Counted from the first letter of the stretch, positions 30,620 through 41,652 are shown. The stretch is 64,000 nt of DNA from Flavobacteriaceae bacterium (GCA_965657365.1 CBFHOD010000005.1:1137-65136); one strand, 5' to 3'. Made by a program: numbers and translations. The notes: generated by a model not told the origin, from the letters alone.

Positions 30620-33013
30620 ATGGCCAGAAAGACTAAAAACGCTACAAAAACCAAATCTTCAGGGTCAAATTCTGTAATCAGTTTTTTAAAAAGTAGACAA
30701 ATTCAAACCGTCATTGGCTTTTTTTTATTGTTTTTATCTCTGTTCCTTTTTGTGGCTTTTATTTCTTTTTTCTTTAGTTGGCAAGAAGACCAAAGTATTA
30801 TTAATGAATTTTCAAATACTGCAATACAAGGATCTAATTTACTTGGTAAAGTTGGAGCTAATCTGAGTCATTTTTTTATATACAGAGGTCTTGGTCTAGG
30901 TGCTTTTATTATTCCTTATCTTTTATTTTTATCTAGTCTTTTTTGGTTATTGAAAACAAAATTATCAAAACTAATTATTTCTTATAACTGGGGGCTTTTA
31001 GCCATGATTTGGATTTCAATTACTTTTGGATTCTTAAATATATCAAATGCTCTTTTTGCTGGTGTTATAGGGTATGAATTAAATACATACATTCAGTTAT
31101 TTATAGGAAGAACTGGTCTAGGTATTAGTTTAGTGTTTTTGTTATTAACTTATATAATTATCAGATTTAAAATTACACCTGAATTAGTCATTAAAAAGTT
31201 TACAACAACTAAAGAAGAAGACATTGAAGTTTCCTCAACTCATACTCCAGAAGTAACAATTGATGATCCAATAAGAATAGTTGAAGAAAAATCTGAATTT
31301 GAGTTGTCTGTTGAAAATTTAAAACCAACCATTGAAAATCATTCAGAGGTAATGTCTTCCTCTGATGAAATTTCTTCAAAAACTAAAGAATTAATTCCTG
31401 AAATCGAAAAAAAAGATGATACTCTTGTTAAAATTGATATTAAAGAAATAACAGAGGAAGAAAATGTTTCAGAAAATTTATCGAAAAAATTAGTTGAAGA
31501 TTTTGGAGAGTTTGATCCCACGCTAGAGTTAGGGAATTTTAAATTTCCTACTTTAAATCTATTAAAACAATACAACGAGAGCATTTCTATAGACCCCCAG
31601 GAATTAGAGCTTAACAAAAATAAAATTGTTGATACTTTAAAAAATTACAAAATAGGTATTGCGCAAATTAAAGCAACTGTTGGACCGACAATTACATTAT
31701 ATGAAATTGTTCCTGAGGCTGGTATAAGGATTTCAAAAATAAAAAATTTAGAGGATGATATAGCCTTGTCTTTATCAGCTCTTGGAATCCGCATCATTGC
31801 TCCAATCCCAGGAAAAGGTACGATTGGAATTGAAGTTCCTAACAAAAAATCTACTATTGTTTCTATGTATTCAGTTATAGCTTCTAAGAAGTTTCAAGAA
31901 TCAAATATGGAGTTACCTATTGCCTTGGGGAAAACGATTTCTAACGAAACTTTTGTTGTCGATTTGGCAAAAATGCCACACTTGTTAATGGCTGGAGCTA
32001 CAGGGCAAGGAAAATCTGTAGGTTTAAATGCAGTATTAACTTCTCTCCTCTACAGAAAGCATCCTGCTGAAGTCAAATTTGTATTAGTTGATCCAAAAAA
32101 GGTAGAATTAACTTTATTTAATAAAATTGAACGCCACTATCTTGCAAAATTGCCAGATACAGATGAAGCAATAATAACAGACACTACAAAGGTGGTTTAT
32201 ACACTAAATTCTTTGTGTATAGAAATGGATAACCGTTATGACTTGCTTAAATCTGCTATGGTTAGAAATATAAAAGAATACAATACTAAATTTAAGGCTA
32301 GAAAATTAAACCCAAATGATGGACATCAATTTCTTCCATATATTATTTTAGTAATCGATGAATTTGCAGATTTAATCATGACAGCTGGAAAAGAGGTAGA
32401 AACTCCCATTGCCCGGTTAGCTCAATTAGCAAGGGCTATTGGTATACACCTAATTGTTGCAACACAAAGACCATCTGTAAATGTTATCACGGGAATTATT
32501 AAAGCAAATTTTCCCGCTAGAATTGCTTTCAGAGTAACCTCAAAAATAGATTCAAGAACTATTTTAGATGCTGGTGGAGCCGATCAATTAATTGGTCGTG
32601 GTGATTTACTTTACACTGCTGGAAATGAAATAGAAAGGATACAATGTGCTTTTGTTGATACACCAGAGGTAGAAAAAATTACAGATTTTATTGGTTCTCA
32701 AAAAGCATATTCGGATGCACACTTGCTTCCAGAATATGTTGGTGAAGAAGGTGGCACAGCTCTTGATATAGATATTTCTGATAGAGATAAATTATTTAAA
32801 GATGCTGCCGAGATTATCGTAATTGCTCAACAAGGTTCTGCGTCTTTATTGCAAAGAAAATTAAAACTTGGGTATAATAGAGCTGGACGATTAATAGATC
32901 AACTCGAGGCTGCTGGTATCGTTGGAAACTTTGAAGGTAGTAAAGCGAGACAAGTTTTAGTTCAAGACTTAGCTAGTCTAGAACAATTATTAGAAAATGA
33001 AAAAAACGGATAA
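30620..33013 (+). CDS. ftsK: DNA translocase FtsK
   Basis: N-terminal TM segments, MPHLLMAGATGQGKS, DEFADL, ATQRPS and gamma domain LQRKLKLGYNRAGRLID. Confidence 0.97.
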   Translation: MARKTKNATKTKSSGSNSVISFLKSRQIQTVIGFFLLFLSLFLFVAFISFFFSWQEDQSIINEFSNTAIQGSNLLGKVGANLSHFFIYRGLGLGAFIIPYLLFLSSLFWLLKTKLSKLIISYNWGLLAMIWISITFGFLNISNALFAGVIGYELNTYIQLFIGRTGLGISLVFLLLTYIIIRFKITPELVIKKFTTTKEEDIEVSSTHTPEVTIDDPIRIVEEKSEFELSVENLKPTIENHSEVMSSSDEISSKTKELIPEIEKKDDTLVKIDIKEITEEENVSENLSKKLVEDFGEFDPTLELGNFKFPTLNLLKQYNESISIDPQELELNKNKIVDTLKNYKIGIAQIKATVGPTITLYEIVPEAGIRISKIKNLEDDIALSLSALGIRIIAPIPGKGTIGIEVPNKKSTIVSMYSVIASKKFQESNMELPIALGKTISNETFVVDLAKMPHLLMAGATGQGKSVGLNAVLTSLLYRKHPAEVKFVLVDPKKVELTLFNKIERHYLAKLPDTDEAIITDTTKVVYTLNSLCIEMDNRYDLLKSAMVRNIKEYNTKFKARKLNPNDGHQFLPYIILVIDEFADLIMTAGKEVETPIARLAQLARAIGIHLIVATQRPSVNVITGIIKANFPARIAFRVTSKIDSRTILDAGGADQLIGRGDLLYTAGNEIERIQCAFVDTPEVEKITDFIGSQKAYSDAHLLPEYVGEEGGTALDIDISDRDKLFKDAAEIIVIAQQGSASLLQRKLKLGYNRAGRLIDQLEAAGIVGNFEGSKARQVLVQDLASLEQLLENEKNG

Positions 33014-33014
33014 A

Positions 33015-33671
33015 ATGAATAAAGTTTGGTTATTTGTTATTACAATCTTTGTTAATACCTCAATTTTTTCTCAACAGAAAGATGAGGCTAGAGTATTATT
33101 AGATAATGTTTCAACTATAATGAAATCATACAATAATATGAAACTAAATTTTAGCACTTCTCTGATTAATGAAGAAGCAGGAATTGGTGAAAATGATGAA
33201 TTACCTTCCTATGGGACTATTACACTTCAAGGAGAAAAGTATAACCTAGATTACTTAGGAAATACCTTTATTTTTAACGGAGGCAAACTATATGTTATTA
33301 ACCATGACGAAAAAGAGATTACCGTTAATGATCAAGATTTAAACGATGATGACGGGGTAATTTATCCATCCAAGCTACTTACTTTCTATAAAGAAGGATA
33401 TAATTTCAAGATGGGGGTAATTAAAAATATAAAAGGGCGAAAAATTCAATTCATTAACCTTACGCCTATTGATACAGATTCAGAAATTGTAAAAGTTAAC
33501 TTGGGCATAGATTTGAAAACAAATCACATCTATAAATTAATTCAATTTGGTGAAAACGGCACTAAAACTATTTTAACTATTGAGCAATTTAAAAGCAATC
33601 AAAACATATCTGATGAATTATTTCAGTTTGATCGAATTTCATATGAAAAACTTGGTTATTTAATAGACTAG
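33015..33671 (+). CDS. lolA: LolA-family outer-membrane lipoprotein carrier
   Basis: Signal peptide and LolA-like beta pattern; canonical position after ftsK. Confidence 0.75.
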   Translation: MNKVWLFVITIFVNTSIFSQQKDEARVLLDNVSTIMKSYNNMKLNFSTSLINEEAGIGENDELPSYGTITLQGEKYNLDYLGNTFIFNGGKLYVINHDEKEITVNDQDLNDDDGVIYPSKLLTFYKEGYNFKMGVIKNIKGRKIQFINLTPIDTDSEIVKVNLGIDLKTNHIYKLIQFGENGTKTILTIEQFKSNQNISDELFQFDRISYEKLGYLID

Positions 33672-35105
33672 ATGAAAATTTTAGATCGATATATTTTAAA
33701 ATCATTTTTAGTTCCATTTTTTGCAACTTTTTTAATAATCCTATTTGTGCTGGTAATGCAGACATTATGGATGGCATTTGAAAGTATTGCTGGAAAAGGT
33801 ATTGGGCTTTTTTTTATATTTAAATTTCTTTATTACACTGCTTTAGTTGTTTCTTCTCAAGCATTACCAATAGCTGTATTATTATCTTCTATAATGGCAT
33901 TAGGGAACATGTCAGAAAATTATGAATTTGCTGCTGCTAAATCTGCAAGTATTTCTTTAATGAGGTTAATGAGGCCTTTAATTATACTAACACTATTAAT
34001 TAGTGTATTGAATTTTTTATCACTTAATTATGTGTTTCCCTATGCTACATTGAAACAAAAAAACTTAACAAATAACATAAAAAAGAAAACGCCAGCATTA
34101 GCTTTAATTTCAGGAAGTTTTAATTCAGAAATTCCTAACTATCAAATAAAATTTGATGAAAAATATGGTGAAGAACAAAACTTACTCAAAAAAGTGTTAA
34201 TCTATGACTTATCATCTAAAAAGGGTAATAAAAAAATCATCACTGCTGAAAGGGGTAAAATTATTAGTGAAGAGGGAAGTAAATATATGACACTTGTTCT
34301 ATTTGATGGTTATTATCACGAAGAACATATTCCAAAAAGAAGGAATATAAATTCTATGAAGAAGATGCCTGCATCTAATGCAACTTTTGAAGAATATACA
34401 TTTAATATTGATATTTCAAAGTTTACAGATAGTGATTTAGATGAAACCAAATATACCAAAAGTTATAACATGTTAAGTTTAGGCCAATTAAAAGATACAA
34501 TACCGGAAATGAAGTTATCCTATGACGAATATTTAACATCTAAATCCAAAAGTATTTATATCAAAATAAATGCAAAAGAACTCTATAAACAAAATGATTC
34601 TTTAAGTTTAGTTAAGTTTAAACCTGAGGTCTTAAATAACTTTAATTTGAGTGGTAAAATTAGTGTTTTGAATGCAGCCATAAACAATGTCAAAAACTCA
34701 AATAAAAATATTAAAATAGATAAGAAATCTATTCAATGGAAAAGAAAAATTTTAAATCTATATGATATAGAATTTCATAACAGAATAGCTATTTCACTCT
34801 CTTGTTTAATCTTATTTTTTATTGGTGGCCCTCTTGGTTCTATAATTAGAAAAGGAGGCTTTGGCTTACCTATGATTTTAGCTATAATTATTTATGTAAT
34901 CTATTTTTTTGTAAATACATTTGGTAGAAACCTAGCAGAAGAAAGTTCGCTTTCTGCATTTATAGGCTCATGGGTTTCTAGTATAATTATGATCCCTTTT
35001 GCTTATTTTTTAACAAGAAGAGCATCAAAAGGAATGGGATTATTTAATATTGATGTATTTTTACACCCATTAACAAAATTCATAAAAAAGGCAAAACCCT
35101 CCTGA
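33672..35105 (+). CDS. LptF/LptG family LPS export permease
   Basis: MKILDRYILK, ALPIAVLLSS, ENYEFAA and PLGSIIRKGG motifs. Confidence 0.9.
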   Translation: MKILDRYILKSFLVPFFATFLIILFVLVMQTLWMAFESIAGKGIGLFFIFKFLYYTALVVSSQALPIAVLLSSIMALGNMSENYEFAAAKSASISLMRLMRPLIILTLLISVLNFLSLNYVFPYATLKQKNLTNNIKKKTPALALISGSFNSEIPNYQIKFDEKYGEEQNLLKKVLIYDLSSKKGNKKIITAERGKIISEEGSKYMTLVLFDGYYHEEHIPKRRNINSMKKMPASNATFEEYTFNIDISKFTDSDLDETKYTKSYNMLSLGQLKDTIPEMKLSYDEYLTSKSKSIYIKINAKELYKQNDSLSLVKFKPEVLNNFNLSGKISVLNAAINNVKNSNKNIKIDKKSIQWKRKILNLYDIEFHNRIAISLSCLILFFIGGPLGSIIRKGGFGLPMILAIIIYVIYFFVNTFGRNLAEESSLSAFIGSWVSSIIMIPFAYFLTRRASKGMGLFNIDVFLHPLTKFIKKAKPS

Positions 35106-35118
35106 ATAAATAAAACAA

Positions 35119-36267
35119 ATGAATACAACAAATATTAGCTCTAAAAAAATTGAATTGAATACAATAGAAGATGCTATTCAAGATATTAAAAATGGAAAAA
35201 TTATCATTGTTGTAGATGATGAGAACAGAGAAAATGAAGGTGATTTTTTAGCTGCTGCAGAAATGGTAACTCCTGATATGATAAATTTTATGGCTACTCA
35301 TGGTCGTGGTTTAATTTGTGCGCCTTTAACAGAAGCACGTTGTAAAGAATTAGAATTAGGGATGATGGTATCTAACAATACTGATCCTATGGAAACTGCT
35401 TTTACTGTATCAGTTGATTTACGCGGTAAAGGAGTAACTACAGGGATTTCTGCTTCAGACAGGTCAGCAACTGTAAAAGCATTAATCGATAATGATACAA
35501 AATCTTTTGATCTAGCTAGGCCAGGTCATATATTTCCATTGAAAGCAAAGGAAGGCGGTGTACTAAGAAGAACTGGTCATACTGAAGCTGCTATTGACTT
35601 TGCTCGTTTAGCTAATCTAAAACCCGCTGGATTAATCGTTGAAATAATGAATGAGGATGGCAGTATGGCCCGTCTTCCTGAATTATTGGATGTTGCTAAA
35701 AAGTTTGATATAAAAATTGTCTCTATAGAAGACTTAGTTGCCTATAGAATGGAGCATGATTCGTTAATTGAGAAAAAAGAGGATTACACCATTTTTACCA
35801 GATTTGGAGATTTTAGACTAAGAGCTTACCAGCAAACTACAAACAATCAAATCCATATTGCACTGACAAAAGGTGTCTGGAATTCTGATGAAGTAGTTTT
35901 AACAAGAGTTAACTCTACATTAATAAATAATGATATTTTAGGAACGCTTACTAATAACGCAGATAAAAAACTTGATCAAATGTTCCAATCTATAAATGAA
36001 AATGGAAAAGGAGCTATTTTATTTATTAATCAACAAAATCAATCTCAAAATTTATTAAATCGCTTGCATATTTTAAAAGAAAATCAAGCAAATGGAATCA
36101 TGAAGGCACCTGTAATGGCTATGGATAATAAAGATTTTGGAATTGGAGCACAAATTTTACACGATCTCAATATTAGCAAAATCAAACTCATGACAAACAC
36201 ACAACAAACAAAGCGTGTTGGAATGATTGGATATGGTCTTGAAATTATTGATTATTTAACTTATTAG
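35119..36267 (+). CDS. ribB: DHBP synthase fused to a degenerate GTP cyclohydrolase II domain (RibBX type)
   Basis: VDDENRENEGD, TAFTVSVD, RPGHIFPL and GHTEA motifs; the C-terminal domain lacks the Zn-binding cysteines. Confidence 0.9.
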   Translation: MNTTNISSKKIELNTIEDAIQDIKNGKIIIVVDDENRENEGDFLAAAEMVTPDMINFMATHGRGLICAPLTEARCKELELGMMVSNNTDPMETAFTVSVDLRGKGVTTGISASDRSATVKALIDNDTKSFDLARPGHIFPLKAKEGGVLRRTGHTEAAIDFARLANLKPAGLIVEIMNEDGSMARLPELLDVAKKFDIKIVSIEDLVAYRMEHDSLIEKKEDYTIFTRFGDFRLRAYQQTTNNQIHIALTKGVWNSDEVVLTRVNSTLINNDILGTLTNNADKKLDQMFQSINENGKGAILFINQQNQSQNLLNRLHILKENQANGIMKAPVMAMDNKDFGIGAQILHDLNISKIKLMTNTQQTKRVGMIGYGLEIIDYLTY

Positions 36268-36274
36268 AAAGTGA

Positions 36275-36973
36275 TTATTTTAAAACTGTATTCACAGCGA
36301 CATCTATAGGTGTCTTATCCTTTTCAAACCATTTACCGGGTAAACTTCCTTTTAGAGTAATGCTATCATCAACTACTTCCAACCAACTGCCTTCTCGTAA
36401 ACCTAGAACAGATGTTTGATTAAAAAAATGATATTCTGTAATCCTGGTCTCCCTGGTTTCCCCCATATGTTTGGAACCTTTAACTGGTTCTATATAATGA
36501 GCATTAATATTAAATGGAATAATTCCAAGCGTTAAAAAACTTGGAGGATATACGATAGGCATATCATTTGTATTCATCATGGAAATTCCGCAAATATTAC
36601 TTCCAGCACTGGTTCCCAAATATGGAGTTCCAGTGTTTAAAACCTCAGAAAGAATTGAAAAAAGATTTTGTTTATACAATTGATTAACTAATTCGAAAGT
36701 ATTACCTCCACCCGTAAAAATAGCCTCAGCTTTTTTTATGGCTTCGATAGGAGATTCAAACTCATGGATTCCAGTTACATCAATTCCAATTGTATTAAAA
36801 AAATAAGCAGCTCTTGAAGTATACTCATCATAAGAGATTCCACTTGGTCTAGCATAAGGAATAAAAACTAGCGAAGAGACACCCTCAAAAAAAGAAATTA
36901 ATGTTGGTGATAAATATTCTAAAAAACCACTACCATGAATTGTAGATGAGCTTGCGATAAGAAGTTTCTTCAT
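36275..36973 (-). CDS. pepE: Dipeptidase E (S51)
   Basis: GGGNTF, GTSAG, INAHY and GETRETRI motifs. Confidence 0.93.
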   Translation of the reverse strand: MKKLLIASSSTIHGSGFLEYLSPTLISFFEGVSSLVFIPYARPSGISYDEYTSRAAYFFNTIGIDVTGIHEFESPIEAIKKAEAIFTGGGNTFELVNQLYKQNLFSILSEVLNTGTPYLGTSAGSNICGISMMNTNDMPIVYPPSFLTLGIIPFNINAHYIEPVKGSKHMGETRETRITEYHFFNQTSVLGLREGSWLEVVDDSITLKGSLPGKWFEKDKTPIDVAVNTVLK

Positions 36974-37083
36974 AAGTTTTCAAAAATACATAATGCATTT
37001 GTTAATTAACAAAATATTATTGGATTCTATATGAAAATATAGAATTCGAATATATATATTAGTAGAACTAATATATAATTAAA

Positions 37084-37911
37084 GTGAACAAGAAATTAAT
37101 TTTAATAGTATTATTAATCTGTTGCTCTCAGCTATTCGCTCAGAAAAGTAATGTATTTCTGCGTGGAATGGTAAGAGATTCATTAAACTTAATTAAAGAT
37201 GTTCACGTTATAAATCTAAATACTTTAAAAGGAACATATTCTAATGATTATGGACAATATAGGATTACAGTTTCCTTAGGTGACACCTTAGAATTCACTT
37301 CTGTACAATTTGAAACTGTTAAAAAAATTATAACTGATAGAGTATTTTTTAGTAAAAAATTAAACCTAATTTTAAAGAATAAGAATTACGTATTAAATGA
37401 AGTAAACGTTAAAAAACATGATCTAATTGGAGATTTAAGAATTGATCGAAAAAAAGTTCCTAATGACACCATTGCCATCAAGGGAAGGAAATTAAGTAAT
37501 ATCATTGATAATATCTCTAAAGAATCTCGAAAAGGAATTTTAAAAAAACCCACCAAAAAACATAGTAAACTTGTTGAAACAAGTATGAGAAATACAGATC
37601 CATCAAGGTCTTTTAATGGAGCTAATTTGATGGGTATTGTTAATGGTTTATTTAGCTTAATTCCAAAAAAGGAGAAAAATAAATTATCAAAAAAAGAATC
37701 AAAAGAGCTTTTGAAAAATAAAATATTAAGCGATTTTGGAAATAGTTTTTTTGAAGAACTAAATATAAAAAATAGTCAAATTACTTCATTCTTAGAGTAC
37801 TGTATGCAATTTAATGTTGAGAAATTTTATGAAGAAAATAAAAGACTTGATCTCATTAAATTATTAGAGGATGAAAGCGTTAATTTTTTAATTGAATTAA
37901 AACAAAAGTAG
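37084..37911 (+). CDS. Exported protein with carboxypeptidase-regulatory-like domain
   Basis: Signal peptide; GTYSNDYGQY...GDTLEFTSVQ...LNEVNV pattern. Confidence 0.7.
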   Translation: MNKKLILIVLLICCSQLFAQKSNVFLRGMVRDSLNLIKDVHVINLNTLKGTYSNDYGQYRITVSLGDTLEFTSVQFETVKKIITDRVFFSKKLNLILKNKNYVLNEVNVKKHDLIGDLRIDRKKVPNDTIAIKGRKLSNIIDNISKESRKGILKKPTKKHSKLVETSMRNTDPSRSFNGANLMGIVNGLFSLIPKKEKNKLSKKESKELLKNKILSDFGNSFFEELNIKNSQITSFLEYCMQFNVEKFYEENKRLDLIKLLEDESVNFLIELKQK

Positions 37912-37932
37912 TTTTACCATAAAAAAATTAAA

Positions 37933-38775
37933 TTGTACTTTTATAGTATATCAATACTTTCTAATTTGAAGACTAAAATATCTCTTTTTATTTTAATTAT
38001 TTTTAGCACTACCCTACTAGCCCAAAAAAATAAATTTTGGCTTTATGGAAAGCTTAAAGATTCTAGTAGTGTTGTTAAAAATGCGAATATTGTTAATTTA
38101 AAAACTAATAAGGGAACTTTTTCAAATGATTTTGGAGATTATAAAATAGTTGTTTCAGTTGGTGATACTTTACAATTTTCTTCTGTACAACATAGAACTA
38201 TATACCGTATTGTTAATGATTTTGTGTATAGGTCTGAAGTCTTAGATGTTTTTATGATAAGTTCTACTTATGTATTAGATGAGGTGGTTCTTAAAAGGAA
38301 TGATTTAGATGGTTTTTTATCACTAGATTTAAAAAAAACACCCGAAGATAGAAGAGCTGAAGCTTTAAAAAACACTATGGATTTATCAAGTGTAAATATG
38401 AATATTATTTACGATGGTGATTTTATAGATCAAAGAGTGAGACCCCCCATGAATAATGTTGATCCTATAGCTATGTTTGCTGGAGCTAGTGTTGGAGTAT
38501 CAATACCATTTAAATATTCAGAGAGACTTTGGGCATTAAGAAGAGATTTAAAATTTAGAGAAAATTTTCCTAAGATGTTATTAAGTGAATTTGGAGAACC
38601 TTTTTTTGAAAATGATCTCAAAATTCCGAGAGAAAAATTTTATAGTTTTTTAGAATTTTGCAATCCATTGGGTATAGAAAATCTATTTAAACAAAACAGA
38701 AAGATAGAATTGATTAACGTGTTAAAAAAAGAGAGTATTAATTATTTACTTCTCATAAATAAAAAAGAAGAATAA
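37933..38775 (+). CDS. Paralogous exported carboxypeptidase-regulatory-like domain protein
   Basis: GTFSNDFGDY...GDTLQFSSVQ...LDEVVL, and the C-terminal FLEFC shared with the upstream gene (FLEYC). Confidence 0.7.
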   Translation: MYFYSISILSNLKTKISLFILIIFSTTLLAQKNKFWLYGKLKDSSSVVKNANIVNLKTNKGTFSNDFGDYKIVVSVGDTLQFSSVQHRTIYRIVNDFVYRSEVLDVFMISSTYVLDEVVLKRNDLDGFLSLDLKKTPEDRRAEALKNTMDLSSVNMNIIYDGDFIDQRVRPPMNNVDPIAMFAGASVGVSIPFKYSERLWALRRDLKFRENFPKMLLSEFGEPFFENDLKIPREKFYSFLEFCNPLGIENLFKQNRKIELINVLKKESINYLLLINKKEE

Positions 38776-38792
38776 TTTTAATTCCTTGCTTA

Positions 38793-39290
38793 ATGTTATC
38801 TATAAGAAGAATTGCTTGTGTGTTTTTACTATTTTCTCTAGCTTTTACAACTCACAAATACTACCTAAGTTTAACACAAATTGAGTATAATAAAGATCAA
38901 AAGAGTCTAGAGATTATTATAAATGTATTCATGGATGACATTGAATTAGCAATTAATAAAGAGTATGATGTTGACTTAAGACTTACTACTAATCAAGAAT
39001 TAGAAGATGTTGATTCTTATTTCCAGAAGTATCTGAGAGAAAATTTAAGGTTTTTAGTTAATAATGAACTTGTGAATTACAACTTTATTGGAAAAGAATA
39101 TGAAGGAGATTTAGTCTATTTTTACTTGGAAGTTAACCTTAGGAATAGTCCAGTATCTCTTGAAATAGTTAACACCATCCTTATTACCTATTTTGAACAA
39201 CAACAAAATGTTATAAAATTTAAGAATGGTTCTAATAGACAAAGCAAAATTTTATCAAAAACCACAAATAAAGCTTTGTTAAATTTTTGA
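38793..39290 (+). CDS. DUF6702-like exported protein
   Basis: Signal peptide then HKYYLSLTQIEYN...FMDDIE...QQNVI. Confidence 0.7.
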   Translation: MLSIRRIACVFLLFSLAFTTHKYYLSLTQIEYNKDQKSLEIIINVFMDDIELAINKEYDVDLRLTTNQELEDVDSYFQKYLRENLRFLVNNELVNYNFIGKEYEGDLVYFYLEVNLRNSPVSLEIVNTILITYFEQQQNVIKFKNGSNRQSKILSKTTNKALLNF

Positions 39291-39354
39291 CAAAACCTTA
39301 ATTTATTTACGTTAGTTTATTAATTTCAACAAAAATTTAAAAAAATTTAATTTC

Positions 39355-41613
39355 ATGAAAAAAATAGTATCTATAACTCTTAGTTTTTTATTTATTATTT
39401 CTGCTATTACAGCTCAAAATTCAGACAAAAAACAAATCAAAGGGCACACAGACCAAAATAAGTTTAGGCAACTTAAAGATGTATTACCAACCCCTAATAA
39501 TAGAAGAACTGCCTCAGGTGCTCCTGGTTATGAGTATACTCAACAAAAGGTTGATTATAAAATGGATATTGTTTTAGATGAAAAAACAAATAGGATTTTT
39601 GGTAATGAATCAATTACTTACAAAAATAATTCTAAAGATTATTTAGAGTATTTATGGGTTCAATTAGATCAAAATATGAGATCACCAGATTCTAAAACAC
39701 CATTAGCAAATTCAGAAAAATTAGGAAATACTCCTTACAATGGGCCAAAAACGTTCACCAAAAACAACATGTTAAAACCTGCAGATTTTGGATTCAAAAT
39801 TGAAGAAGTAAATAATGTAAATGGCAACCAGCTTTCTTACACGGTGAATAGGACCATGATGAGAATTAACTTACCTCAACCTCTTAATCCTGGAGGAACT
39901 TTTCAATTTAGCATTAAATGGAATTATTTAATTAATAATTCGATTACTGATGGAGGAAGATCTGGATTTGAATTATTTGAAGACGAAAATAAAAATTACA
40001 CTATTGCTCAATTTTTTCCAAGATTAGCTGTTTATGACAATATTGAGGGTTGGCAAAACATGCAATTTTGGGGAAGAAGTGAATGGGCACTAGAATTTGG
40101 AGATTATGATGTGAAAATAACTGTTCCCGCAGATCATATAGTTGATGCAACAGGTGAATTATTAAATGAGAAGAAAGTATTAACAAAAGAACAATTAAAG
40201 CGTTTTGAAAAAGCAAGAACTTCATTCATAGACCCTGTTTTTATTGTTACTCAAGATGAAGCAGAAATAGCGGAAAAAGAAAGATCTAACAAAACTAAAA
40301 CTTGGCATTTTAATGCTAAAAATGTTCGTGATTTTGCATTTGCTTCTTCGAGAAAATATATTTGGGATGCGATGGCTGTAAACATTAATGGTAAAACTGT
40401 AATGGCTGTTTCATTGTATCCAAAAGAAGGTAATCCTCTTTGGGAAGAACACTCTACTAGAGTTGTTGCTAACACCTTAGAGGAATACTCCAAAATGACT
40501 TTTGATTATCCATACAGCAAAGCTATCTCTGTTCATGCAGATAGACAAGGTATGGAATATCCAATGATTTGTTTTAATTATGGGAGACCTAATCCAGATG
40601 GTTCATATTCTGAAAGAACTAAGAGAGGAATGATTGGAGTTATTACCCACGAAGTAGGTCATAACTTTTTTCCAATGATTGTCAATTCAGATGAACGTCA
40701 ATGGACATGGATGGATGAAGGTATTAATTCATTTGTTGAAATTTTAGCTGAATTAGATTATGATCCAAACTTTATAACAGGGAATCTTCCTAAAGATATC
40801 GTGGGTTATATGAGTATTAATCAAAATAATCTTTCACCCATAATGTCACAAGGTGATTATGTTAAAAATTTTGGTCCAAATGCTTATACCAAACCTGCTG
40901 CAGGTCTTTATATGCTAAGACAAACTATTATGGGTCCAGAGTTATTTGACTACGCTTTTAGAACCTATTCTCAAAGATGGATGTTTAAGCACCCAAGTCC
41001 AGCTGATTTTTTTAGAACCATGGAAGATGCGTCAGCCATGGATTTAGATTGGTTTTGGAGAGGTTGGTTTTATACTACAGATTACAATGATATTGCTTTA
41101 AAAGAAGTAAAAAAGTTTTACTTGACAGATCAACCTACAGATGAAGCCAAAAAAATGGCAAAAAGATATAGTATGGATCTTGCCGATTATGAGGGGAAAC
41201 TTGTGTATTTCAAAGAGGAACAAAAAGGTGCTGCTAATGATGGCTTAATTGCATCAGAAATACCCTTAATAAAAGACCATATAGCTTCAATGTCAGATGA
41301 AGAAAAATTGTTATTAAAAGAAATTCCAAATTACTTTTATGAAGTAACTTTTGAAAAACCAGGTGGCTTAGTAATGCCTTTAATTGTTGAGTTAGAATAT
41401 AATGATGGAACGAAAGAACGTCATAATTATCCTGCACAAATTTGGAGATATAACGACAATGAGGTTTCTAAAGTTTTTAAAACCACCAAAGAGATAAAAA
41501 AAATCACTATTGATCCAGATCTTGAAACCGCTGATATAGACACCTCAAATAATAGTTGGCCTAAAAAAGATAATTCTAAGTTTGATAAATTTAGAAAAAA
41601 ATTAAAAGGGTAA
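39355..41613 (+). CDS. M1 family zinc aminopeptidase, copy 1
   Basis: GMEYP, HEVGHNFF...WMDEG; signal peptide. Confidence 0.92.
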   Translation: MKKIVSITLSFLFIISAITAQNSDKKQIKGHTDQNKFRQLKDVLPTPNNRRTASGAPGYEYTQQKVDYKMDIVLDEKTNRIFGNESITYKNNSKDYLEYLWVQLDQNMRSPDSKTPLANSEKLGNTPYNGPKTFTKNNMLKPADFGFKIEEVNNVNGNQLSYTVNRTMMRINLPQPLNPGGTFQFSIKWNYLINNSITDGGRSGFELFEDENKNYTIAQFFPRLAVYDNIEGWQNMQFWGRSEWALEFGDYDVKITVPADHIVDATGELLNEKKVLTKEQLKRFEKARTSFIDPVFIVTQDEAEIAEKERSNKTKTWHFNAKNVRDFAFASSRKYIWDAMAVNINGKTVMAVSLYPKEGNPLWEEHSTRVVANTLEEYSKMTFDYPYSKAISVHADRQGMEYPMICFNYGRPNPDGSYSERTKRGMIGVITHEVGHNFFPMIVNSDERQWTWMDEGINSFVEILAELDYDPNFITGNLPKDIVGYMSINQNNLSPIMSQGDYVKNFGPNAYTKPAAGLYMLRQTIMGPELFDYAFRTYSQRWMFKHPSPADFFRTMEDASAMDLDWFWRGWFYTTDYNDIALKEVKKFYLTDQPTDEAKKMAKRYSMDLADYEGKLVYFKEEQKGAANDGLIASEIPLIKDHIASMSDEEKLLLKEIPNYFYEVTFEKPGGLVMPLIVELEYNDGTKERHNYPAQIWRYNDNEVSKVFKTTKEIKKITIDPDLETADIDTSNNSWPKKDNSKFDKFRKKLKG

Positions 41614-41652
41614 TATCTCATTCATAAATTTTCACCTTAAAATATTTTGATA

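Noticed and set aside
30486-30677. 63-aa ORF upstream of ftsK
   Set aside because: Out-of-frame reading of the dgkA remnant that overlaps the ftsK start.
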